Source: Bdellovibrionales bacterium (GTDB taxonomy: Bacteria > Bdellovibrionota > UBA1018 > CAIMNF01). From it: a stretch of DNA of 43,909 nucleotides. Under the pieces are notes generated by a model. That model saw nothing but the letters and a program-made list of their open reading frames with translations, searched no databases and had not been told where the DNA came from. The stretch covers positions 1-43,909 of the forward strand of contig JBEIKL010000003.1 of the NCBI GenBank assembly GCA_040379745.1, read 5' to 3'. Below are positions 1 to 9,318 of this stretch, one piece after another (position 1 is the stretch's first letter; every line of letters starts with the position of its first letter). The translations under genes were made by a program, and so were the position numbers.

Positions 1-180
1 ACCACGTGCTTTTTCTTCTGGAGACTTATCGATGTTCTCATAGTTCATCGCTTTAGCCTTACCAAGCTTAGCAAGCACTTTAGTGATTGCTGCAGTCAGA
101 GTAGTTTTACCGTGGTCGACGTGGCCGATTGTACCGATGTTACAGTGCGGTTTCGACCGCTCAAATTTTTCCTTAGACAT
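1..180 (-). CDS. tuf: Elongation factor Tu, N-terminal part (runs off window start)
   Basis: Manual translation from ATG at 180: [36 protein letters not shown]...[11 protein letters not shown]; follows Thr-Tyr-Gly-Thr tRNAs. Confidence 0.98.
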   Translation of the reverse strand, partial: MSKEKFERSKPHCNIGTIGHVDHGKTTLTAAITKVLAKLGKAKAMNYENIDKSPEEKARG

Positions 181-325
181 ATGCCGTTTTCCCTTTCAGT
201 TTCGTTACCAATAAAAACAATTTTTTCGTTGCCGACTCAATCTTATTTTTGGTTTCAACCTGTAATACCAAAAAAAGGACATTGAATTCCAGCTTTTTTT
301 TCAATCCAAAACCCTGAACAAGAAG

Positions 326-400
326 TGGAGCTGATGATGGGGATTGAACCCACGACCTCTCCCTTACCAAGGGAGTACTCTACCACTGAGCTACATCAGC
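326..400 (-). tRNA. tRNA-Thr(GGT)
   Basis: Cloverleaf, anticodon arm CTCCC-TT-GGT-AA-GGGAG, GGTTCAA T-loop, encoded CCA. Confidence 0.97.
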
Positions 401-436
401 ATACTTGCCATGAGTAATGGATCGACATTTCCTAAA

Positions 437-513
437 TGGAGCGGAAGACGGGTCTCGAACCCGCAACCCTCAGCTTGGAAGGCTGATACTCTAGCCAATT
501 GAGCTACTTCCGC
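437..513 (-). tRNA. tRNA-Gly(TCC)
   Basis: Anticodon arm TCAGC-CT-TCC-AA-GCTGA, GGTTCGA, CCA. Confidence 0.97.
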
Positions 514-526
514 ACATTTAGAAAAA

Positions 527-612
527 TGGTGGTGAGAGAAGGAATCGAACCTTCGAAGGCTGACGCCACCAGATTTACAGTCTGGCCCGTTTGACCGCTC
601 CGGAATCTCACC
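527..612 (-). tRNA. tRNA-Tyr(GTA)
   Basis: Anticodon arm CCAGA-CT-GTA-AA-TCTGG, long variable arm, CCA. Confidence 0.97.
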
Positions 613-639
613 ACAAACAGAGCCAACTATTGAAAAAAA

Positions 640-715
640 TGGAGCTGGCGACCGGGATTGAACCGATGACCTGCTGTTTACAAAACAGCTGCTCTACCAA
701 CTGAGCTAAGCCAGC
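640..715 (-). tRNA. tRNA-Thr(TGT)
   Basis: Anticodon arm GCTGT-TT-TGT-AA-ACAGC, GGTTCAA, CCA. Confidence 0.97.
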
Positions 716-900
716 CCATCATTTCTCAATAGCAAGACTTTCGCCTTGAATCTCTTGATTTAAGAATATGATGTTTTCCAATTTTGGAGAGTTTTGTCAA
801 TGTCAAAGTCAAGGAAGGGTCTGATTCTTTCAGATAAAACAGTGCGTCAACAACATCAGTTGCACCATTACCGAACACATCAGTCCGATATTCGCATCCC

Positions 901-1866
901 TCACTCGCGTCCGCTCAAGAGTCGTGCGGCCTGGTAAGGCGCGATTTCCTTGCGGTAGAGCTGATCAAGAAGTTCATTTCCGCCATCGGTTTTCAAGACA
1001 CCATCGAGAGACTTCCGGAGTTCGGCAATCAGAATGTCGACCATTTCTTCTTTCAGGAATTCCTTCGTTTTTGCCTCTAATTTACCTGATTTTTTGAGCC
1101 ATTCCTGGTGACCCGCCACCACGTCCAACAACTCTTTCACTCCCACATCGCGGTTCGCTTCGGTCTTACAGACCGGAATCATCCACGAGTGCTCGTCGTG
1201 ATCATTGAGGCCCACCATCATCGTCAACTCACGCATGAGCTTGTCGGCTTCGGGGCGGTCGGCCTTATTCAAGACAAAGAGATCGGCAATTTCCATCAAG
1301 CCGGCCTTCATCATCTGAATGGAGTCGCCACTTTCGGGAACCAGAATGACCATCACGGTTTGGGCAAGCTTCAAGATGTCGAGTTCGGTCTGACCGACAC
1401 CGGCGGTTTCGACCAAAATCACGTCAAATTGCGCAGCATCCATGGCCAGGACCACTTCCTTGGTCGAGTGGGAAAGACCACCGTGACGACCACGAGTACC
1501 GAGACTTCGAATGTAAACGTCGTTGTCCCCAGAGTGTTCCTGCATGCGGATTCGGTCACCCAGAATCGCACCACCGGAGAACGGGCTGGACGGATCCACC
1601 GCAACAACTGCGACCTTTTTGCCTTGGGCACGCAAATGCGAAATCAAGCGATCCACCGTGGTGGACTTTCCGGCGCCGGGAGGGCCGGTAATTCCCCAGA
1701 TCTGAGCGTTTCCAGTCAGGGGGTACAGCAGTTCCACCAGCTTTTCAGTGTCCTGGTTGCGATGCTCGATCTTGGAAATGAGACGAGCCAGGGCCGCACG
1801 GTTTCCGGAGCGGGCCAGGTCAATCAGCGATTTCGGATCTGAGGGAAGGACTACCGATGGATTCAT
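901..1866 (-). CDS. meaB: MeaB/ArgK-family GTPase (methylmalonyl-CoA mutase chaperone)
   Basis: GITGPPGAGKST, VDPSSPFSGGAILGDRIRM, ETAGVGQ, GDSIQMMKAGLMEIAD, NKAD. Confidence 0.92.
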   Translation of the reverse strand: MNPSVVLPSDPKSLIDLARSGNRAALARLISKIEHRNQDTEKLVELLYPLTGNAQIWGITGPPGAGKSTTVDRLISHLRAQGKKVAVVAVDPSSPFSGGAILGDRIRMQEHSGDNDVYIRSLGTRGRHGGLSHSTKEVVLAMDAAQFDVILVETAGVGQTELDILKLAQTVMVILVPESGDSIQMMKAGLMEIADLFVLNKADRPEADKLMRELTMMVGLNDHDEHSWMIPVCKTEANRDVGVKELLDVVAGHQEWLKKSGKLEAKTKEFLKEEMVDILIAELRKSLDGVLKTDGGNELLDQLYRKEIAPYQAARLLSGRE

Positions 1867-2983
1867 CGCCCCCTATACTGCCTGAAAGCGGGAGGCCGTT
1901 AAAGTAGTTTTCGAGGCTTTGGGCCGGATTTTCATTTAACTGACACCATTGACGGATTTCAGTCTGATCAATCCCGACCCAATCCCGATTCTTGGTGAAG
2001 TCGTCGGGGTGCCAAAGCACCATTGCCCGAGAGGGCGCGGGAGCACTCCCACTGGATCGCCCCACCCGACCGATCGCCTGAACCAGGGACAACACCGTGA
2101 ACGGCGGTTCGAACAGGATGCAAAACCGGAAAAAGTCGTAGTCCATTCCCATTCCAAACGCGGAAGTGGCGACCACGACCAGAGGATCCATCGAGGTCCG
2201 GTGTTGGGTGAGCTGCTTTTCGAGATTCAGCTTTTCCTCGATGGAGAGGCCGGCGTGATAGAAAAACGATTTCACTCCCCAGTGGTGAAGATGCTTTTGC
2301 AGGGAAACCGCCGAGGCGCGCGTATTACAGAAAATCATCCCGCTTTGATCCGCATGAATTCCAAGCCGGTTACGAAGCCATTCCAGACGGATTTCAGGGG
2401 AAATTTTTGACTTCTGCAACTGCAAATGCCGAGGGAGCGAGAATCGCCCGAGGCGTTTCACCCGATTCCTCGGAAGCGCTTGGAGATGATGGAACAACAA
2501 GGCCTGAGAGGTAAGTGGCAGAGTGGCGGAACACCAGAGCGATTTCCGGATGGAAGGAAATTCCACCAACTGCAGAATACGGCGGTAAGCGGGACGGAAT
2601 CGTTGGCCCCATTCCCACACGCAATGGGCTTCATCCACGATCATGAATTCGGGTTTCCAGCTACGGAGCCTTTCGAATACGCGACCTTGGACCTTTTCCG
2701 GACTCATGATCCAGACACCGGACTGGTCGGGCTCGGGCTCTTCATGAAAAAAAGCATGAATTCCCATACTTTTGAATCGCTCACTCTGTTGACGGGAGAG
2801 CGCATTGAGGGGCGAGATCAGTACCGCGCGAATGCCGGGACGATCGAAAATATACTTTTGAAACAGGATGCTTTTACCGCTCCCGGTGGGAGCGATGAAC
2901 ACCAGATGATCGTGATCGATCAAGGATTGAAGTGCGGTGGATTGATCCGGTCTGAGCGTGAACGGGAATTTCATCCCCTTCAT
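1820..2983 (-). CDS. RecQ-like DEAH-box helicase, helicase core only
   Basis: APTGSGKS, DEAHC..WG..FRP, SAT, YHAGL, ATSAFGMGMD, QAIGRVGR. Confidence 0.85.
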   Translation of the reverse strand: MKGMKFPFTLRPDQSTALQSLIDHDHLVFIAPTGSGKSILFQKYIFDRPGIRAVLISPLNALSRQQSERFKSMGIHAFFHEEPEPDQSGVWIMSPEKVQGRVFERLRSWKPEFMIVDEAHCVWEWGQRFRPAYRRILQLVEFPSIRKSLWCSATLPLTSQALLFHHLQALPRNRVKRLGRFSLPRHLQLQKSKISPEIRLEWLRNRLGIHADQSGMIFCNTRASAVSLQKHLHHWGVKSFFYHAGLSIEEKLNLEKQLTQHRTSMDPLVVVATSAFGMGMDYDFFRFCILFEPPFTVLSLVQAIGRVGRSSGSAPAPSRAMVLWHPDDFTKNRDWVGIDQTEIRQWCQLNENPAQSLENYFNGLPLSGSIGGDESIGSPSLRSEIAD

Positions 2984-2993
2984 CGTGCAGGGA

Positions 2994-3995
2994 TCATGCC
3001 TTCGCTTTCATCTTGGAACCACTGCGAAGGTAAATCACTCCGCCGATCACACCGACGAAAACCTGCAGGAGCACGATCAGACTGAAGACCTCTGCGCCCT
3101 GATCGGAACCGACGAGTTTAAAGAGTGCGAAAAACGCCGCATGTCCGGTTCCCACACCCGCAGGAAGCACCGGAATGGTGGTGGCCAACATTCCGATCGG
3201 CACAATGATTGCCAGCGCGATCAGGGAGATGGGGGTCACTGAAACCGTCTCACTGATCGAAAAAGCGATGATCACGAGCAAACAGTGAATGAGCAAGGAC
3301 TGCGAGATCGCAATGAACACTTCTTTCGGACGGGAACGGTAATCCATCACCCCGAGATAGAGCTTGTCGATCAATTGAAGACGCGTGTGTCGCTTGGTTA
3401 CAAAGCGAATCAACACAAAAAGCGGATCACGTTTGTGGGAAAGGAACATGTAGCCCATGAAAAGAAGAATGAAGCCACCCAGAGCACAGATGGAAACAAG
3501 AAGAGCCTTGGGAAGACTTCCTCCCCAGTCGACAAAAAAACTGATTGATGCGGAGAACGCTCCGACAAAAATCATGGCCGACATTCCCAACAAACGGTCG
3601 AGGAGCATGCTTCCGAAAACACCGGCACGGCGATCAGGAAACTGTTTGGAAACATAAACCGCCTTGACGAAATCACCGCTGACCGCGCCCGGAAGGGCGA
3701 TGTTGAAAAAGCTGCCGATCATGTTCAGCTCGAAAACGCGTCCCAAGGGAAGAATCGCACCTTTTGCAGCAAGGAGGTTTTTCCAGCGGGCGGAACCGAG
3801 AAACGTGTTGATCGCCATGAGAAGAACGATGGTGGTCACCGCAAGAGGCGAGGAAGCCAAGGCACGAAAACTTTCAGCCGTAACCAGCCCCTTCCTGAAA
3901 AGAAACCAGAACACCACGCCCACGAGCGCGAATTTCAGCACCAGCTTGATGCGATCCTTAATTCCGACTGCCTGCAATTCCGAAGAAGTTTCCAA
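2994..3995 (-). CDS. Lysylphosphatidylglycerol-synthase-TM/flippase-like membrane protein
   Basis: Multiple TM segments; RW..LL, FFN.ALPG.VSGD.VK, DRL.G, P.LPAGVG motifs; start uncertain. Confidence 0.8.
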   Translation of the reverse strand: METSSELQAVGIKDRIKLVLKFALVGVVFWFLFRKGLVTAESFRALASSPLAVTTIVLLMAINTFLGSARWKNLLAAKGAILPLGRVFELNMIGSFFNIALPGAVSGDFVKAVYVSKQFPDRRAGVFGSMLLDRLLGMSAMIFVGAFSASISFFVDWGGSLPKALLVSICALGGFILLFMGYMFLSHKRDPLFVLIRFVTKRHTRLQLIDKLYLGVMDYRSRPKEVFIAISQSLLIHCLLVIIAFSISETVSVTPISLIALAIIVPIGMLATTIPVLPAGVGTGHAAFFALFKLVGSDQGAEVFSLIVLLQVFVGVIGGVIYLRSGSKMKAKA

Positions 3996-4689
3996 AAATC
4001 ACCTTTCCGACGTTTTCATTGTAGAGTTTTTCACCCTTGCCCGGATTGAAAATCCATTCCGATGCTACACCTTTTTTGATCTTGTTTGCCAGTGATTCTT
4101 CACCTTCCGCAACGGTGTATTCGGGATGGAACTGGATTCCGAATACCGGCTGTTCCGGCATTTCAAAGGCCTGCAGGTCACAGTGATCGGATTCTGCGGT
4201 CTTGGTCATTCCCGGAGGAAGCTTCATCACTTCCTCGAAATGGGATTCATACGTGATGAACTCTCCATCCAGCCCCCGGAACAAACGGGATTCACCGGTG
4301 ATGCGGATTTTCTGCCAACCGAATTCCGCTTTCGGCGAGACCCGAAGCCCGGAATCGGTGCCCTTCATTCTCGCAAGACAACGCGCGAGTGTCTGATGCC
4401 CGTAACAAACACCGAGGATCGGGGTTTTTTTTCCGAGGTGAGCGATCACGAACCGATCGTATTCCGCAACCCATTCCTCGGAGACATCGAGACACGAAGT
4501 CATCGAACCGGATAGGACGATCGCATTGAACGATTCATCATGATGGGGAAGATCCCTGCCTGGCGCACGGCGGACCGCAACGGTCGATCCTTTCGGTGCC
4601 ATTTTCAGCGACCAATGAACCAGATTCTTCGCTCCGAAGGAGCTTTCCATGCGGTTGTTGTCGATCACAAGGATTTTCAGTGGGTTCAT
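3958..4689 (-). CDS. Type 1 glutamine amidotransferase
   Basis: LGVCYGHQ nucleophile elbow and QFHPE. Confidence 0.88.
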   Translation of the reverse strand: MNPLKILVIDNNRMESSFGAKNLVHWSLKMAPKGSTVAVRRAPGRDLPHHDESFNAIVLSGSMTSCLDVSEEWVAEYDRFVIAHLGKKTPILGVCYGHQTLARCLARMKGTDSGLRVSPKAEFGWQKIRITGESRLFRGLDGEFITYESHFEEVMKLPPGMTKTAESDHCDLQAFEMPEQPVFGIQFHPEYTVAEGEESLANKIKKGVASEWIFNPGKGEKLYNENVGKVIFGNFFGIAGSRN

Positions 4690-4705
4690 GCGCGTGGACT
4701 CCTGG

Positions 4706-5590
4706 TCATTTGATGAGACGGTAATTGCGGAACTCGAATAGGCGGTGTCCGGTCAGTGATTCGATGGTGTCGAGGATCACTTTCTTGATGTCGGATCGGG
4801 TGAAGATGAACGGTGAGCCGGCAAGATCCCACTTCCACCCTTTCGTGCGGATGCGTTCCAGCATGACCGCAGGATGCGTGCCCCGATACTGGTTGAGTCC
4901 CCAAAAGCGTTTGTAAACGTGACTATTGTTCTTGGCTGCATCGGTGCCGTGATAAAGCGTATCCATGAATTCGGTTTTCACGCGCATCGCTTCAGGGGTG
5001 CGCACCCAACCGTAATGGAAAATCCTTGCGGCCGTCAGGATGGCATCGAGCTTTTCGCCAGCGGGCTTGAGAAAGCTCTGCGCATCGCCCACGCTGCGTG
5101 CGCCCGAGGATTTGCGGATGATCCGCATCTCACGGCGGTAGGCGGAACGCGTTTTCTGAATCACATCAAAAGAGCCGTAAAAATGGGCATATTCGAAGAC
5201 CACTGCTTCGGCGCCGGAAGAGACCGCCAGCTTCACCGACTCGCGGATCAGCGGATAATCGTCCTCGTGAAGCACCTCATCGGCCTGGATGTAGAAACAC
5301 CAATCATGCGCGCACTGTTCAAGCGCGAGATTCGTTTGCTCGGAAAGGATCAATCCCGATTTGCGCTTCTCGGGAATGTGCAAAGGCCATTCGGATTCGA
5401 AAATCCTGACCTTGCCTTGTCCCTCTTCAGCGGCGAACTTCCGTGCCACTGCGAGCGATTCATCATCACTGATCCCGATATTCAGGACGAGTTCATCGAC
5501 CACTGGCAGGATCGATCGCCAGGATTCGAGGAACGGATAATCGAACTGAAGTCCATTACGGACAAGACTAAATCCCGATATTTTTTCCAT
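4706..5590 (-). CDS. Glycosyltransferase family 2
   Basis: ISGFSLVRNG, WCFYIQADE (DxD-like), HYGW; adjacent to GT9. Confidence 0.8.
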   Translation of the reverse strand: MEKISGFSLVRNGLQFDYPFLESWRSILPVVDELVLNIGISDDESLAVARKFAAEEGQGKVRIFESEWPLHIPEKRKSGLILSEQTNLALEQCAHDWCFYIQADEVLHEDDYPLIRESVKLAVSSGAEAVVFEYAHFYGSFDVIQKTRSAYRREMRIIRKSSGARSVGDAQSFLKPAGEKLDAILTAARIFHYGWVRTPEAMRVKTEFMDTLYHGTDAAKNNSHVYKRFWGLNQYRGTHPAVMLERIRTKGWKWDLAGSPFIFTRSDIKKVILDTIESLTGHRLFEFRNYRLIK

Positions 5591-6665
5591 ATTGATTGAA
5601 TACGCGAACCACCTGTTCGCTGACTTGCTCGGCCGTGATCTTGTTCATGCACTGATGCGCTTCCACGATGCAATCGCGAAGTCCGCACCAGGGAGGCGAT
5701 CCTGGTTCATTGTTGTTCCGGCAGGCGAGCGGCTCGATAAACAGTCGCGGGTGCATGTCCTGCGGATACGGATGCCATTCGAGCGGATGCTCCGGACCGA
5801 ACACGGTGACCGTCGGAATGTCCAATGCAGTGGCCAGATGGCGTGGGCCGGAATCGTTTCCAACCAAAACATTGAGGCGGGAAATTCGGGACGCAAGAGA
5901 GCGCACATTGCAGGAAGGCATGACCTGGATGGCATTGCGGATTTCAGCATCATGGGGAATGGCCTTGAAAAACTCATCGACCAGGGCTTCTTCACCCGGA
6001 CCGGTGATGACCAACACTCCCCCTTTTGTTTCTTTCACCCAGTGCTGGGCAACGTCGGCAAAACGATGCAACGGCCACATCTTCGTTGGACGGGACGCCC
6101 CGAGAGCGACGCCGAGTACGGGATTCTGGAATCCCCAAGCCTTGAACTCTTCCTGTGCGAAAGATTTCTCTTCTTCTTTGAGATGGATTTTCGGCATCAC
6201 ACCGGCAGGGACCTCAAGCCCCAGTCCGCGAATGGTGTCAAGGTCACGCTCGATGACCGGTTTCATGGTTCCCTTGCCCGGAATCTGCACGGTGGAATAC
6301 ATGTTCTTTGCTTTGAAACTGTGAAAATGAACGGCGCGGGTTTTTGCTCCGGTTGATAACGCCACCATTGCAGCTGCTGGCGACGAGTGGAATGCGCAAA
6401 CGAGATCGTATTGTTCCTTGCGCAGTTGGAACGCCAGGCGGGTCGCGGCTTTGGTGCGTGCGGCGCGATCGTTGTGCCAGGTCACCGGCCAGAGCTTGGT
6501 GACTCCGGGAAAGCCTTCGAGCAACCAAATCCACGGCTCAGTCGCCGCTACATGGATTTGCGCATTGGGGAACTGACGATTCAATTCACTCAACGCTGCC
6601 GTCAGGAGAACGGTGTCTCCCATGGCGCGGAATTTGGTGACCAGGATGCGTTTCGGATTCAACAT
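5568..6665 (-). CDS. Glycosyltransferase family 9 (LPS heptosyltransferase-like)
   Basis: MGDTVL, K.WP..RF, GNDSGPRHLA, TVTVFGP, C-terminal Cys cluster. Confidence 0.9.
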   Translation of the reverse strand: MLNPKRILVTKFRAMGDTVLLTAALSELNRQFPNAQIHVAATEPWIWLLEGFPGVTKLWPVTWHNDRAARTKAATRLAFQLRKEQYDLVCAFHSSPAAAMVALSTGAKTRAVHFHSFKAKNMYSTVQIPGKGTMKPVIERDLDTIRGLGLEVPAGVMPKIHLKEEEKSFAQEEFKAWGFQNPVLGVALGASRPTKMWPLHRFADVAQHWVKETKGGVLVITGPGEEALVDEFFKAIPHDAEIRNAIQVMPSCNVRSLASRISRLNVLVGNDSGPRHLATALDIPTVTVFGPEHPLEWHPYPQDMHPRLFIEPLACRNNNEPGSPPWCGLRDCIVEAHQCMNKITAEQVSEQVVRVFNQYGKNIGI

Positions 6666-6671
6666 GCCCTG

Positions 6672-6701
6672 ATGCTAGCACAAAAGGGATTCAGACAGCA
6701 A
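6672..6701 (-). promoter_or_regulatory. Putative sigma70 extended -10 promoter, leaderless start of GT9 gene
   Basis: Minus strand TTGCTG-N18-TAGCAT with TG extension, 6 nt before ATG 6665, no SD. Confidence 0.45.
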
Positions 6702-6736
6702 AAAAGCCCCTACCGGTGGCAGGGGCTTCTCTTTTT
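6700..6736 (-). terminator. Intrinsic terminator after lipoprotein gene
   Basis: Stem AAGCCCCT../..AGGGGCTT with T-run on minus strand. Confidence 0.8.
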
Positions 6737-6757
6737 CATTCTTTTGGTTGATCGGAA

Positions 6758-7345
6758 TCAAGGGCAGTTCATTGGCTGACCATTGGTATTGGTACAGGAT
6801 TCCTTGTAGACCGCATTCATCAGAGACATCTGATAGCTCACCACGGTGCAGTTTGCAGAAAGTGGTGGAAGTGTCGGCTTGAATTGAATGGTTCCGCCGG
6901 TTGGTGCCACAGTTCCGCTTGGAACCAACTGACCGTTCAAATAAATTTCGCCCGAAGGAATCGCATGACTTTGGTGAAGGTTGGTCACGACGTTGATGAC
7001 GCCCATGCACTGGGTACGATAGATTCCGTAGCGGGATTGACTGAGATTCAAGACGATTCTCTCTCCGGCGTTGACTTGGACGCTTCCCGGAATCAGGTTC
7101 GAAGACAGAAGGTATTGATACACTTCGGTTGCGCCGTGAATCAGTGAAATCTTGTTTTTGTAACCGACGATCTGACCACTGGTGATGATCGGCTCGCTCC
7201 CGTAAGGAGTACCATTGAAAGTTTGGTTGATTCCATTGGTTTGCGGGAAAGACCCCAGTTGTCCGTACTGGTAGGGCTGAGCGGAACCGCAGGCGGTGAC
7301 GATGATTGCGAGTACGGCTACGGAAAGTAATTGAACCATTTTCAT
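6758..7345 (-). CDS. Hypothetical lipoprotein
   Basis: MKMVQLLSVAVLAIIVTAC lipobox; GAGG RBS before ATG 7345; own promoter and terminator. Confidence 0.75.
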   Translation of the reverse strand: MKMVQLLSVAVLAIIVTACGSAQPYQYGQLGSFPQTNGINQTFNGTPYGSEPIITSGQIVGYKNKISLIHGATEVYQYLLSSNLIPGSVQVNAGERIVLNLSQSRYGIYRTQCMGVINVVTNLHQSHAIPSGEIYLNGQLVPSGTVAPTGGTIQFKPTLPPLSANCTVVSYQMSLMNAVYKESCTNTNGQPMNCP

Positions 7346-7377
7346 ATCAAACCTCATTTAATCTTTGCAGAAGGGTG

Positions 7378-7394
7378 AGCAGAAACCATGCCAA
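7378..7394 (-). promoter_or_regulatory. Sigma54 (-24/-12) promoter
   Basis: TTGGCATGGTTTCTGCT, GG-N10-GC. Confidence 0.7.
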
Positions 7395-7564
7395 ATTCCT
7401 GACTAAAAAAATCATCTTTAGGTGCGTTTTATTTGAGTTGGGGATTTTTGAATGTTTTTTATACAGGTCGGCTGTAAAGGCTTTTGACAGGTGTATGTAA
7501 AAGTTCCATGCACCTGACTCGAGGGCGTGTTGCAATCAGACCCGATTTTTCGTAGCGTGGAATC

Positions 7565-8215
7565 ATGCCTGAAATCCTGCAAAGCAAGCTCAACACCCTG
7601 ATGGACACCTACACGACCGGCGAATTTTACTCAGAAGCCTATCGGGCCAAGCAGGAATTCTTCGATCAGGCGGGAACCGTTCATGATGACGACACCGAAT
7701 ACGATCAGCGCATGAGTATTTTCATGGATTGGTATCTGTTCGATCGCGAGATTCCGAGTCTGAAAATGACTCCGATCACCCACTTCATCCGTCAGAACCA
7801 GAATCAATTGAACGAAACCGACAAACAGGTGTTCGACAACCTCGCCCACTCGATCCACTCCATCTTCCTGTTCAAGGGGAATTCACTGTTCGGGAAAAAA
7901 GTCGTGATTCAGGATCTGTTCACCCGCAAGAATTTCAAGGTGGTGGAACCGCAGATGAAGCAGGCATTCTCGCGCGGAGATGTTTTTGAAGGGCGGATTT
8001 TCCCTCACGATGGACAGTTCCATTTCTCCCAAGGATTTTGCTTCCACCCCGTGGAGATGAAGTCGTTCATCGCGAACGAAATCAAGAAAATCCGGTTCCA
8101 GGATCGCGACTTGCACCTGAAACTGATTCTCCAGTTCGCGCAGATGAAACTGAAACACCAGCGCTTCGCCCACATCGATGTGAAACATATTTACGGAATG
8201 AACTCGAAGTTCTAA
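7565..8215 (+). CDS. Hypothetical protein
   Basis: 216-aa ORF with protein-like composition, preceded by TTGCAA-N17-TAGCGT; no family recognised. Confidence 0.75.
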   Translation: MPEILQSKLNTLMDTYTTGEFYSEAYRAKQEFFDQAGTVHDDDTEYDQRMSIFMDWYLFDREIPSLKMTPITHFIRQNQNQLNETDKQVFDNLAHSIHSIFLFKGNSLFGKKVVIQDLFTRKNFKVVEPQMKQAFSRGDVFEGRIFPHDGQFHFSQGFCFHPVEMKSFIANEIKKIRFQDRDLHLKLILQFAQMKLKHQRFAHIDVKHIYGMNSKF

Positions 8216-9318
8216 TCCCGGCTCTGAGCACTCATCCGTTCCAGGAAGCGGTCAAAGAGGTAGCCGGAATCGTGCGGCCCCGGACTGCTTTCCGGGTGGT
8301 ACTGCACTGAAAACGCATTCATCGACGGAACATCGATTCCCTCGCAACATTCATCGTTCAGATTCACATGGGACAAGTGTGCGATCGCGGGAAGCGTGGA
8401 TGCATCGACCGCATACCCGTGATTATGGGAACTGATTTCGACACTGCTTTGGACAAGATTTTTCACCGGTTGGTTGCCGCCCCGATGGCCGTATTTCAGC
8501 TTGTAGGTCTTGGCGCCGATCGCGAGCGAAAGGATTTGATGCCCCATACACACACCGAAGATCGGTGTTTTACCGAGCAGCGTCCTTACCGTTTCAATCG
8601 CATAGGTGGCCACTGATGGATCACCGGGACCGTTGGAAAGAAACACTCCATCCATTTTTTCGGACTGGATGTGCTGAAGCACCTTTTCGGCTGGAAAATC
8701 AGCGGGCACCACCCACACATCGCAACCGCGTTGCTGAAGCTCGCGAAGAAGTTGGGCTTTCACACCGAAATCGTACGCGACCACCTTGTGTTTCGTTTGC
8801 CCTTGAGTCGCATGCAACCAGTAAGGTTCTTTGGTCGTAGTCTCAAGGATCCAATCATGATCCTGAGGAATGAATTGCGGGATTCGGTTCAGCGTGCGGA
8901 ATTCATCGGTCGTGAAATACCCGGGCACCACTCCCCGTTCGCGTAAATACAGGGTCAAGGCACGCGTGTCGACATCGACCAATCCGCAGATTCCGTTACG
9001 GAGGAGAAACTCTTCCAACGTTGCAGTCGTGCGGAAATGAGAAGGTTCCGGACAGTAATTCGAAAGGATCATTCCCCGCGCGTGGATTTTCGCACTCTCC
9101 ACATCTTCGGGATTCACGCCGGTATTGCCGACGTGAGCGGAAGTGAATGCAATGATTTGACCGGCATACGAGGGATCGGTCAGGATTTCCTGATAACCCG
9201 TCATCGAAGTGTTGAATACGATTTCGCCTGAAATCGGTTGTTTCAAAGGTGCGCCGATGAATCGGCCCTCGAAGACTTCCTCTTTCCCGTCATGAACCAG
9301 AACCAGATAACCCTTCAT
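8212..9318 (-). CDS. carA: Carbamoyl-phosphate synthase small subunit
   Basis: GEIVFNTSMTGYQEILTDPSY, LSNGPGDP, GVCMGHQ, QYHPE; ATGA overlap with pyrC. Confidence 0.97.
   Translation of the reverse strand: MKGYLVLVHDGKEEVFEGRFIGAPLKQPISGEIVFNTSMTGYQEILTDPSYAGQIIAFTSAHVGNTGVNPEDVESAKIHARGMILSNYCPEPSHFRTTATLEEFLLRNGICGLVDVDTRALTLYLRERGVVPGYFTTDEFRTLNRIPQFIPQDHDWILETTTKEPYWLHATQGQTKHKVVAYDFGVKAQLLRELQQRGCDVWVVPADFPAEKVLQHIQSEKMDGVFLSNGPGDPSVATYAIETVRTLLGKTPIFGVCMGHQILSLAIGAKTYKLKYGHRGGNQPVKNLVQSSVEISSHNHGYAVDASTLPAIAHLSHVNLNDECCEGIDVPSMNAFSVQYHPESSPGPHDSGYLFDRFLERMSAQSRD

Noticed and set aside
173-370. 65-aa ORF upstream of tuf
   Set aside because: Overlaps tRNA-Thr and the AT-rich tuf leader
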